Shown piece by piece: positions 1-8,067 of a DNA stretch of 53,614 nt. Each line of letters begins with the position of its first letter. The first letter of the stretch is position 1. The DNA lies in NCBI GenBank assembly GCA_965369655.1, contig CBDUQR010000017.1, positions 1 to 53,614 on the forward strand, in the 5' to 3' direction. This DNA is from an uncultured bacterium. Its GTDB lineage: Bacteria > Zixibacteria > MSB-5A5 > JAABVY01 > JAHJOQ01. The position numbers and the translations under genes were made by a program. Below the pieces are notes generated by a model, which saw only the letters and a program-made list of their open reading frames with translations, was not told the origin of the DNA and searched no databases.

Positions 1-981
1 GCTGTTGTCATTTCTGTTGTGGAGAAGCGGCGGAAGGTGTCCGGCATTCGTATAGGTGCATGTGCAGTTCTTCATATCGAAGCGCGCAAAGACAAGAGAT
101 ATGAAAACATCGGGGCGTTTCATCACGTCCAGAGAAAGCACATCGTTGATGCGTGTGACCACCCCGCCGACATCCTTCCCTTCCGTCGCAATCGCCCTGA
201 TCGCCGACCTGACTGCGGTCATCATCAGCGCAGCCGGGATGCCTTTGTTCGACACGTCGCCAACAATTACGATGAACTCCGTATCCGAGATCGGGATCAG
301 GTCAAAGTAGTCGCCGCCTACATGGCCTGCAGGTATGTAGAGGTCTTCGAGTTGAATGCCCTCATAGTTTATGTCCACGCTGGGTAGCAGAGCTTTCTGC
401 ACCTCTCTTGCGAGAGATAGTTCCTGCTCCAGACGCTGTTTCTCGAGCTTGTACTGCATCAACCTCGCATTCTCTATCGCAACCGCTGCGAAGTTCACAA
501 GCCGTTCAAGCGCCAGCCTGTCACCCTCAGTAAAACCGCCGTCCGCAGTCTTGTTGACCGCTACGAGCACACCCACAGGACCGGATTTGTATGAAACAGG
601 CACGCATACAATTGAGCTGATAACTACGTTCGCGTCGGCGTCGGGTGGGAAGCCATTCATCACAACGGTCTCTCCGGAACGATATGCACGACCCGCAATG
701 TCAGTGTCGCCATCCACCTTGATCTGCCTTATCAGGGAGGCATCCACACCCCACGACGTTCTGGTGACAAGTTCACCATCTTCAGCGAGAAGAATACAAC
801 CGACCTCGGCGGACACAATCCGTAGCGACATCTCCATCATGGCTGAGAGAATCGCGTCAACATCGAGCATCGACGTCAGCATGACACCCATATTCGTGAT
901 GTCATCGAGTTCCAGAATCCTGTTCTCTAGCTCATCTTCAAGATCAACAATTCGTCTGCTCAGACCATCAACACTTTTCAT
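1..981 (-). CDS. GAF + SpoIIE/PP2C-family Ser/Thr phosphatase (RsbU-like), runs off the window edge
   Basis: Not in the ORF track. Manual translation from ATG 981: MKSVDGLSRRIVDLEDELENR..., a GAF-like region, then VGGDYFD...IVGDVSNKGIPAALMM...YTNAGHLPP PP2C motifs. Frame open to position 1. Confidence 0.9.
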   Translation of the reverse strand, partial: MKSVDGLSRRIVDLEDELENRILELDDITNMGVMLTSMLDVDAILSAMMEMSLRIVSAEVGCILLAEDGELVTRTSWGVDASLIRQIKVDGDTDIAGRAYRSGETVVMNGFPPDADANVVISSIVCVPVSYKSGPVGVLVAVNKTADGGFTEGDRLALERLVNFAAVAIENARLMQYKLEKQRLEQELSLAREVQKALLPSVDINYEGIQLEDLYIPAGHVGGDYFDLIPISDTEFIVIVGDVSNKGIPAALMMTAVRSAIRAIATEGKDVGGVVTRINDVLSLDVMKRPDVFISLVFARFDMKNCTCTYTNAGHLPPLLHNRNDNS

Positions 982-1069
982 AATGAACCACAATTCGGTT
1001 TAATCTATTTTAGTATCGGCACTTAGGTCGATTCCTGAAGCCAGGCAGCGGCGTCTTCATCAAAAGACC

Positions 1070-1097
1070 TTGACATCGGGCGCTATTTTATTATCTT
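1070..1097 (+). promoter_or_regulatory. sigma70-like promoter
   Basis: TTGACA-16nt-TATCTT upstream of the NTPase gene. Confidence 0.45.
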
Positions 1098-1149
1098 ACA
1101 ACGTGTTAAGCCCTGTTCGGATGGCTTTCTGCACTGATTCGACACGCTT

Positions 1150-1707
1150 ATGCATGCTCAGAAGATGGAAACCAAAGAATACGTACGCCGTATCCTGATA
1201 ACAGGATTGCCCGGGTCAGGGAAGACAACACTGATGGAACGTCTCATTTCGGATATTGATGTTTCAGCGTACGGCTTCTTGACGAGGGAGATAAGGAAAG
1301 ACAGCAGACGAGTCGGGTTCGAACTCATCGGACTATCGGGAAAAAGGTGCATCATTGCGCACGTTGATTTCGTGTCTTCTCACAAGGTCGGCAGGTATGG
1401 AGTCGATGTATTGAGTATTGACACGGCAGTGGAGAACGAATTGATCGCAGGCTCGGGAGATATTGCGTTCGTGGATGAAATCGGGAAGATGGAGTTGCAT
1501 TCGACAAAATTCAGAGATGCTGTCACGTCGCTGTGGGATTCGGACATATTTGTCGTGGCGACGGTAATGGCAACTCGCAACGTTTTTTGCGATCGACTCA
1601 AGTCAGATCGTGGCACAATCGTGTATGAGTTAAATCCTGACAGTCGAGAGAATGTTTACTCCGACACGAGAAACCAAATACTAAAAAACCTTGTTGTAAA
1701 TACATAA
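1150..1707 (+). CDS. Nucleoside-triphosphatase (THEP1/NTPase_1 family)
   Basis: ITGLPGSGKTT Walker A, GFLTREIR...RVGF, VGRYGV, VDEIGKMEL. Confidence 0.9.
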   Translation: MHAQKMETKEYVRRILITGLPGSGKTTLMERLISDIDVSAYGFLTREIRKDSRRVGFELIGLSGKRCIIAHVDFVSSHKVGRYGVDVLSIDTAVENELIAGSGDIAFVDEIGKMELHSTKFRDAVTSLWDSDIFVVATVMATRNVFCDRLKSDRGTIVYELNPDSRENVYSDTRNQILKNLVVNT

Positions 1708-1745
1708 ACACTATTAGCAGAATTCATGCAGTGGAGGTAAATGTA

Positions 1746-4031
1746 ATGCGAAAGATGAATAGAGTGGTTCTGATCATGGCGATCTTACTTCTGGCAGGCA
1801 GTCAGGTTTTCGGGTTTCAGGCGTACATAGGTCCGAGCGACATTGACGGACATATCTACAAGGAACCGCCTACCGAAGAAGAGATGCAGCAGATGATCGC
1901 TGAGCGCAACGAGCGGCACGCATGCAAACAGAAAGCCGGTGCCCTGTCGCAGAAATACGATGCGGCTCGAAGCCCAATGCTTGTTTTCTACCCGACTTCG
2001 AATATGTACGACTATGACGCGCTGTATTACAAGATCGATATAGAGATCGACATGTCGTCGGAGACTGTTGACGGCTACGTTGAGATGCGATGCAAGAGCC
2101 TGGTCGCCGGGTTGTCCTATGTTGACATGACGCTGACTACTTCTCTGAGCGTGACATCTGCGCGCCTCAACGGAACATCGCAGACTTTCTCTCACAGCAC
2201 GGAAATCCTGACGGTCAATTTCGATGAGACATTCGACGTCGGTGAGGAATTCACGGTAAGGATCGATTACAATGGCGCGCCGGAATACTCGAACCTCGAC
2301 GGGATGGATTTCTACACTATATGGAGCCGCAAAGTCTGCTACACGAACTGCGAACCCTTCGGCGCGAGAAACTGGTGGCCGTGCAAAGATTTCCCGTTTG
2401 ACAAACCAGACGACGGAGCCGATATCATCATCACACACCCGACCACGTACGGCGGTTACACGATGGACCTGATCTCCAACGGGTTGCTTCAGTCGATCAC
2501 CAACAACGGCGCTACCACAACCACACACTGGAAAGAGAATCATCCAATTACAACATATCTCGTTGCTCTCGTGTTGACCGATTTCAACCAGACAGTTCAG
2601 AACTGGGAATATGAGCCGGGCCAGTTCATGCCGGTTGAACACAACTACTATCCGAACGCGCCTCCGTCGGCAAGTGGGTATTCAACATGGTATATGGTGA
2701 ATTATACTATCCCTTCTCTCGATGCGCTGTCATACTACTGGGGACGTTATCCGTTCTATGACGAGAAATACGGCCACATGCATTACGGCTGGGGCGGAGC
2801 GATGGAGCATCAAACGTGCACCTCGATCAGCCCGTATTTCAACACCGAATACGTCATCGCTCATGAGCTTGCGCACCAGTGGGCGGGCGACAATGTCACC
2901 TGCAAGACATTCAATCACATGTGGCTGAACGAGGGATACGCATCATATAGCGAAGTTCTCTACTTCGAGTACACATACGGCTGGCCGACTGCGAAATCCT
3001 GGCTCTTTAGTCAACGTCACATAAACGCCGGTACTCCATATGTGGAAAATATCGAGACAGATAATATGTTCGATGGTGTGACGGTGTACGACAAGGGTTC
3101 CTGGCTGGTGCACATGCTGAGAAATCAGATGGGCGACGACCTGTTCTTCCCGGCCATGCAGCACTATTTTCATACGTCGGAGTTTGCAGGAAAATCAGCC
3201 GACACGGATGATCTGAATTCTGTTTGCTCAGAGTACTTCGGGTCCGACATGAGTTGGTTCTTCGACGCATGGGTATATCAGGAGGATCAGCCGAACTACG
3301 AATACTCGTACCAGTACGAAGAGAGCGCGAAGTCGACTGACTACATTGTCTATTTCTATCTCGCCCAGAATAACACTGACGGCATTTTCCCGATGGCAGT
3401 CGACATCGTGGCGTTTGCAGGAGATTACGACAGCTCATTTACGATCTGGAATGACTCGCAAGCCGAAATGTACATTTTCAATCTGCCAAATCCTCCCGAC
3501 TCGTTCTGGATCGATCCTGATGACAAGATTCTCAAAACAGTCAATGAAATTCCATGGTCGATGCGCATCGCCGTCAGCCAGGTGCCTGACGCAGTACTTG
3601 GCGAGCTATATAGCTTCACGTTCACCGTAATAGGCGGCGTTCCCGATTACTCCTGGGAAAAGACGCTGGGGCAGTTCCCGTTCAACATGACATTTGATTA
3701 TGCTACCGGTGTTCTCTCCGGCACCCCCACCTGGCCTGCCGACTACTTCTTCAGGCTTCGCTGCACCGATTCCGATTCCCCGCCCAACACCGACGAGCGC
3801 AGGTTCCTCATGAAAGTGATCGAGCCCGGTATAGCTCGCGGTGATGTCGACGATTCAGGAGAAATCGACATCGACGATGTCGTTTATCTGATCGAATACA
3901 TTTTCGGTGGCGGTCCGGCTCCCGATCCGATCGAAAAGGGTGACGTCGACTGCTCCGGTGGCGTGGATATTGACGATGTAGTCTATCTGATCAACTACAT
4001 CTTCGGCGGAGGTCCGCCCCCCTGCGAATAG
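1746..4031 (+). CDS. Secreted M1-family zinc aminopeptidase with Ig-like domain and C-terminal dockerin
   Basis: Signal peptide; GAMEH and HELAHQW-X18-E motifs; YDKG; two GDVD...DIDDVVYLI dockerin repeats; GGAGGT RBS before ATG 1746. Confidence 0.9.
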   Translation: MRKMNRVVLIMAILLLAGSQVFGFQAYIGPSDIDGHIYKEPPTEEEMQQMIAERNERHACKQKAGALSQKYDAARSPMLVFYPTSNMYDYDALYYKIDIEIDMSSETVDGYVEMRCKSLVAGLSYVDMTLTTSLSVTSARLNGTSQTFSHSTEILTVNFDETFDVGEEFTVRIDYNGAPEYSNLDGMDFYTIWSRKVCYTNCEPFGARNWWPCKDFPFDKPDDGADIIITHPTTYGGYTMDLISNGLLQSITNNGATTTTHWKENHPITTYLVALVLTDFNQTVQNWEYEPGQFMPVEHNYYPNAPPSASGYSTWYMVNYTIPSLDALSYYWGRYPFYDEKYGHMHYGWGGAMEHQTCTSISPYFNTEYVIAHELAHQWAGDNVTCKTFNHMWLNEGYASYSEVLYFEYTYGWPTAKSWLFSQRHINAGTPYVENIETDNMFDGVTVYDKGSWLVHMLRNQMGDDLFFPAMQHYFHTSEFAGKSADTDDLNSVCSEYFGSDMSWFFDAWVYQEDQPNYEYSYQYEESAKSTDYIVYFYLAQNNTDGIFPMAVDIVAFAGDYDSSFTIWNDSQAEMYIFNLPNPPDSFWIDPDDKILKTVNEIPWSMRIAVSQVPDAVLGELYSFTFTVIGGVPDYSWEKTLGQFPFNMTFDYATGVLSGTPTWPADYFFRLRCTDSDSPPNTDERRFLMKVIEPGIARGDVDDSGEIDIDDVVYLIEYIFGGGPAPDPIEKGDVDCSGGVDIDDVVYLINYIFGGGPPPCE

Positions 4032-4257
4032 CGATGACGCTTATTGGGAACACAAAACAAATGCCGGGCGATTGCTATCGTCCGGCGTTTTCTATTGATC
4101 TCGGGGCTTTGATCGGCGTGATTGACGCTGTTATTCTTCTTTCCGCGTTCTAAGTGCTCGCTGGGGCTGCGCCCCTGTGGATTCTGTATTATATCTACTT
4201 GCAATACAATAAGCTGAGGACACAGCGGCACAGCCACTGTGTGCACATAAACATGAG

Positions 4258-5709
4258 CTACTTCATAGACGTTTTCTTCCGCGTCAGTATCGCCCGAATG
4301 TGATCTACCATCTTCTCGGATGGGAGTGTTACCTGTATGTCCTCGGCCTTGAGCCACTCGGCTCGATCCTTAACTTCTTTCGACTGCTCGCGACCGGCAA
4401 CCAGGTCTTTTATCGTCACTTCATTCTTGTCGAACTCATCCGACCCGCAGATCACGGCTACCGGAATGTCGAGTCGATCTGCGTACTGAAGTTGCTTCGG
4501 AACTCGCCTGTTGTTGCCGAGAAAGACATCTACTCTGAAGCCTGCTTCACGCAATCTCCCTGCGATTTTGAAGTAATCGTTCATGCGGTCCCTGTCCATC
4601 GTCGTTACGAGAACATCTGCGCAACTCCTTCTTGTTTCAATCGCCTGGAGTTTCAGAAGCGCAGCGAGGAGCCTGTCCGGCCCGATCGATGATCCTGTGC
4701 CCGGCATCTGCTGACCGGAAAATCGCGAGACCAGGTGATCGTATCGCCCACCCGAAAAGACGCTGCCATATTCGGGCAGATCGAGCAGGAATGTCTCAAA
4801 CACGGGACCGGTGTAATATCCGAGTCCGCGCACGACAGCCAGGTCAATCCTTGCTTTGACAGGGTCTACGTCCATCGAATCGAGGAAACCCTGTATCTGT
4901 CTCAACTCATCCAGTCCCTCTTCGGCAGGAGCAATTCCGGCAAGCAACTCGGCAGCCTCGCGCATCTGTTCATCACTGGACAGTTTTGCGATATCGAGGA
5001 ATCTTTCGATGTGAGCAATCTGACGATCCGGCAGTTCGAGTCCGGCGATCTTGTCGCCCGACTTGTCGACCCGCCCCGGTCCGAGTTCGAGGATTACAGC
5101 CTTACGACCCTGCTTATCAAGCTTGTCGAGTACTCGGAAGACATCCGGCGCGACATCAATTGGTATACCGGCATATTCGGCGAGGCCATCAAGGATTTTC
5201 CTGTCGGAGTACTTAACCTCAACTCTCTCGATGCCGAGATGATTCATCGTTTCGACCATTATGGCGATAATCTCGGCGTCCGCCGCTACGAGAGACGTCC
5301 CGACAATATCGATGTCGAACTGCAGGAATTCCCTGTACCGTCCGGGGCCCGGCTTGTCGACCCTCCAGCACGGCGCAACCTGGTACCGCCGGAACGGAGT
5401 CGGCAGGTCCCTGTTCGCTGCAACGAATCTTGCCAGTGGTGCGGTCAGATCAAAACGCAGACCCATCTCGACATCATCAGGTCCGACAAAATTAAATATC
5501 TGCTCTTTGTTCTCCTTGCCGTAGTCGGCGCCGAACAGGGTCGTGAGGAATTCAAGAGCCGGCGTCTGAAGAGGCAGATAACCGTGCCGCTCGAAGACTT
5601 CGCGAATCCGTTCAATCAGATCGCGACGGGTCAATTCCTCCTCGGGACCATAGTCTCGGAATCCCTTCAGAAGTTCCGGTTTGACTCGTTTGGATTTGTC
5701 GGATTTCAT
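4258..5709 (-). CDS. hisS: Histidine--tRNA ligase, Caulobacter/alphaproteobacterial-like type
   Basis: KGFRDY, LRFDLTAPLAR, motif 2 RVDKPGPGRYREFLQFDIDIVG, VRGLGYYTG, SGGRYD, anticodon-binding domain KQLQYAD. Confidence 0.96.
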   Translation of the reverse strand: MKSDKSKRVKPELLKGFRDYGPEEELTRRDLIERIREVFERHGYLPLQTPALEFLTTLFGADYGKENKEQIFNFVGPDDVEMGLRFDLTAPLARFVAANRDLPTPFRRYQVAPCWRVDKPGPGRYREFLQFDIDIVGTSLVAADAEIIAIMVETMNHLGIERVEVKYSDRKILDGLAEYAGIPIDVAPDVFRVLDKLDKQGRKAVILELGPGRVDKSGDKIAGLELPDRQIAHIERFLDIAKLSSDEQMREAAELLAGIAPAEEGLDELRQIQGFLDSMDVDPVKARIDLAVVRGLGYYTGPVFETFLLDLPEYGSVFSGGRYDHLVSRFSGQQMPGTGSSIGPDRLLAALLKLQAIETRRSCADVLVTTMDRDRMNDYFKIAGRLREAGFRVDVFLGNNRRVPKQLQYADRLDIPVAVICGSDEFDKNEVTIKDLVAGREQSKEVKDRAEWLKAEDIQVTLPSEKMVDHIRAILTRKKTSMK

Positions 5710-5734
5710 ATTGTTGGTTGGTCAGATAAATTTA

Positions 5735-5811
5735 TGGTACTGGGGGGGAGGGTCGAACTCCCGACCTCCTGATCCACAGTCAGGCACTCTAACCATCTGA
5801 GCTACCCCAGC
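5735..5811 (-). tRNA. tRNA-His(GUG), CCA encoded, lacks G-1/C73
   Basis: Cloverleaf GCTGGGG-TA-GCTC..GAGT-G-CCTGA CT GTG GA TCAGG-AGGTC-GGGAG TTCGACC CTCCC-CCCCAGT-A-CCA. Confidence 0.96.
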
Positions 5812-5984
5812 ATCATTACTTAGTACATCGGAACGAAAACGCCTCGCTTTGGTTCCAGAATCAATGAATGTTCACCCGATCAGTCGGGCCGAGTATCTAA
5901 TAAAGCCATATAGCTATATATGGCAACGAAAAAATGCTGCCTGCTGACAAACAGAACGATCAGCATCGCAGTGATGGATTTAGT

Positions 5985-6012
5985 TTGACAACCGACATAG
6001 CTAACGTAGATT
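5985..6012 (+). promoter_or_regulatory. sigma70-like promoter for apgM
   Basis: TTGACA-16nt-TAGATT. Confidence 0.45.
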
Positions 6013-6046
6013 CATTCTGAATCGACCACCGTTTGAAAGGGACACG

Positions 6047-7255
6047 ATGAAACAGAATCTCATAGAATCACTCGCGCAGAAGACAGATTCGAAGATTGTC
6101 ATGCTTGTGATGGATGGCGTCGGCGACATCCCGGCTGACGGCCACGGCACTCCGCTCCAGGAGGCTGATACGCCAAATCTCGACGCGCTCGCGAAAGACG
6201 GAATACTCGGACAATTCGATCCGATCGCACCGGGAGTCACCCCCGGTTCCGGACCTGCGCATCTCGGCCTATTCGGTTATGATCCGGTCGAGAACAATGT
6301 CGGTCGGGGAATCCTCTCGGCGTTCGGCATCGATTTCGACTTGACTGAACGAGATATCGCGGCGAGAGTGAACTTCTGCACGCTCGATTCAGACGGCAAT
6401 GTTACGGACAGGCGGGCGGGACGGATTTCGGACGGCGTCAATAGACAATCCTGCGACAAGATCAAAAATAATATCAAGTTACCGCAGGGACTTGAACTAT
6501 TTCTTGAGACTGAAAGCCAGCACCGCGCGATGCTCGTGATCAGGGGTGACGACCTCTCCGATCAGATCGCCGACACCGATCCCCAGCATACGGGTGTGCC
6601 GCCGCTGGAACCATCGGCGCTCACTTCGGAGGCCGAACAGACATCGTCGATTCTCAAGAATATTCTCGGGCAGGTGCGCGAAATCCTTGCCGATGAGGAG
6701 AAGGCGAACATGATTCTCCTGCGTGGATATTCGGGCTTCAGGAAATTCCCGTCGCTGAAAGATCGATTCGGTCTGAAGGCGTGCGCTATTGCAGAGTATC
6801 CGATGTACCGGGGACTCGCGAAACTGGTCGGCATGAACGTGCTTCCGCAATACTCCGGTTTCGAGAATGCGATCACGGTTCTCAACGAGAACTGGAGCGA
6901 GCACACATTCTTCTTCCTGCATGTCAAAAAGACAGACTCCTACGGCGAGGATGGAAACTTCGACGGCAAGAAAGATATTATCGAGCAGGTCGATCAGATC
7001 ATCGTTCCGGGCATTACAGCGCTTAAGCCGGACGTCATCATAGTGACAGGCGACCACTCGACGCCCTGGCCAATGGCGGCACATAGCTGGCATCCGACGC
7101 CGGTGTTGCTGCACGGCGAACTAATCCGTCGAGACAGGACAAAGGCATTTTCCGAAATCGATTGCCAGGAGGGTGGTCTCGGCAGACTACCGCTCGTCAA
7201 CCTGCTACCAATAGCAATGGCGTGCGCCGGAAAACTCGCCAAGTTCGGGGCATAG
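6047..7255 (+). CDS. apgM: 2,3-bisphosphoglycerate-independent phosphoglycerate mutase (ApgM type)
   Basis: MDGVGD, TPNLD, PGSGPAHLGLFGYDP, DRRAGRI, HVKKTDSYGEDG, TGDHSTP, HSWHP. Confidence 0.92.
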   Translation: MKQNLIESLAQKTDSKIVMLVMDGVGDIPADGHGTPLQEADTPNLDALAKDGILGQFDPIAPGVTPGSGPAHLGLFGYDPVENNVGRGILSAFGIDFDLTERDIAARVNFCTLDSDGNVTDRRAGRISDGVNRQSCDKIKNNIKLPQGLELFLETESQHRAMLVIRGDDLSDQIADTDPQHTGVPPLEPSALTSEAEQTSSILKNILGQVREILADEEKANMILLRGYSGFRKFPSLKDRFGLKACAIAEYPMYRGLAKLVGMNVLPQYSGFENAITVLNENWSEHTFFFLHVKKTDSYGEDGNFDGKKDIIEQVDQIIVPGITALKPDVIIVTGDHSTPWPMAAHSWHPTPVLLHGELIRRDRTKAFSEIDCQEGGLGRLPLVNLLPIAMACAGKLAKFGA

Positions 7256-7295
7256 TCTGCCTCACCCGATGCTCCGCTCTGCCGGAGCCACCGGC

Positions 7296-7415
7296 CTATT
7301 TGCTCAGTATGCCATGCACCAGCATCATGACAAGAATTCCAGCAAAGGCACTAATGAAGATTACGATGATGGAGTGCTTGCGAGTCGTTTCTCTCATCCT
7401 CAAGAATGACTTCAC
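7296..7415 (-). CDS. Putative 39-aa single-pass membrane protein
   Basis: AGGAG RBS 7 nt before GTG; MKSFLRMRETTRKHSIIVIFISAFAGILVMMLVHGILSK* (basic N-terminus, one hydrophobic helix). Confidence 0.45.
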   Translation of the reverse strand: MKSFLRMRETTRKHSIIVIFISAFAGILVMMLVHGILSK

Positions 7416-7640
7416 TCCGATGCTCCTATCCTTTCAACGTGTCCGCTAAATCGCGGGAGGGTCAATTCTACTTTTCATGTCATTCCCTTTCCACAGATAG
7501 CTTTTGCAATTTCATCAGACCAAAACCAAATTCCAAATCCTGCATTGCTACCCGCACCTGACCCCCTTTCTGCTGTGTCGCTTTGTGTACCATTGTCGTT
7601 GCTTGAGTTTTCTAATTATCACCTCCCTTCAGGAGAAATA

Positions 7641-7694
7641 GAGCCGGGTCCGGATCATTTATTTGACCCCTCAGCACCCTTCCGAACCCGGCTC
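7641..7694 (-). other. Strong hairpin in the predicted sigma54-driven transcript
   Basis: GAGCCGGGTTCGGA...TCCGGACCCGGCTC, 14-bp stem with one G-U. Confidence 0.5.
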
Positions 7695-7792
7695 ATGCAC
7701 CGCTGAGTTGAGAGGAGCGTACCGACAGCCGAAGATAACATCGCTGTCCTTACGTCAACCGCGTGCGATTCTAAGCTACATTCAATACGTAC

Positions 7793-7809
7793 TGCAATCT
7801 TAATGCCAA
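7793..7809 (-). promoter_or_regulatory. sigma54 -24/-12 promoter
   Basis: TTGGCATTAAGATTGCA: GG-N10-GC, one mismatch to TGGCAC-N5-TTGCA. Confidence 0.75.
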
Positions 7810-7915
7810 AGCTTTGCATTCATCGCTGTAATCGCGTAATCGACGGAGTGACAACAATTTGCATGGCACGACGAAATGCTGTGACGACGAGATATCCAGT
7901 GTCGAAAGGGAGTAA

Positions 7916-8013
7916 TTTCGCAGCAGATTACGCAGCAAACTAAGCGAGTGCTAATATCCGTTGCGTCTCAACAGGTTATGGCTGCGTACACGTTTCGCAG
8001 TAGAATTACGCAG
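7916..8013. promoter_or_regulatory. Candidate enhancer (UAS) direct repeats
   Basis: TTTCGCAGCAGATTACGCAG (7916-7935) and TTTCGCAGTAGAATTACGCAG (7993-8013), about 110-200 bp upstream of the sigma54 promoter. Confidence 0.5.
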
Positions 8014-8067
8014 TTGCGCAGCTAACACAGAAAGTCGATGTGCCTTGTTGGGAAAGGTCGGGGTGTG

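Noticed and set aside
371-1003. Long + strand ORFs opposite real genes (371-1003, 4735-5772, 8467-9174 and others)
   Set aside because: Antisense shadows of well-supported minus-strand CDSs.
7864-7880. sigma54 promoter on the + strand (TGGCACGACGAAATGCT)
   Set aside because: GG-to-GC spacing is 11 nt, not the required 10.
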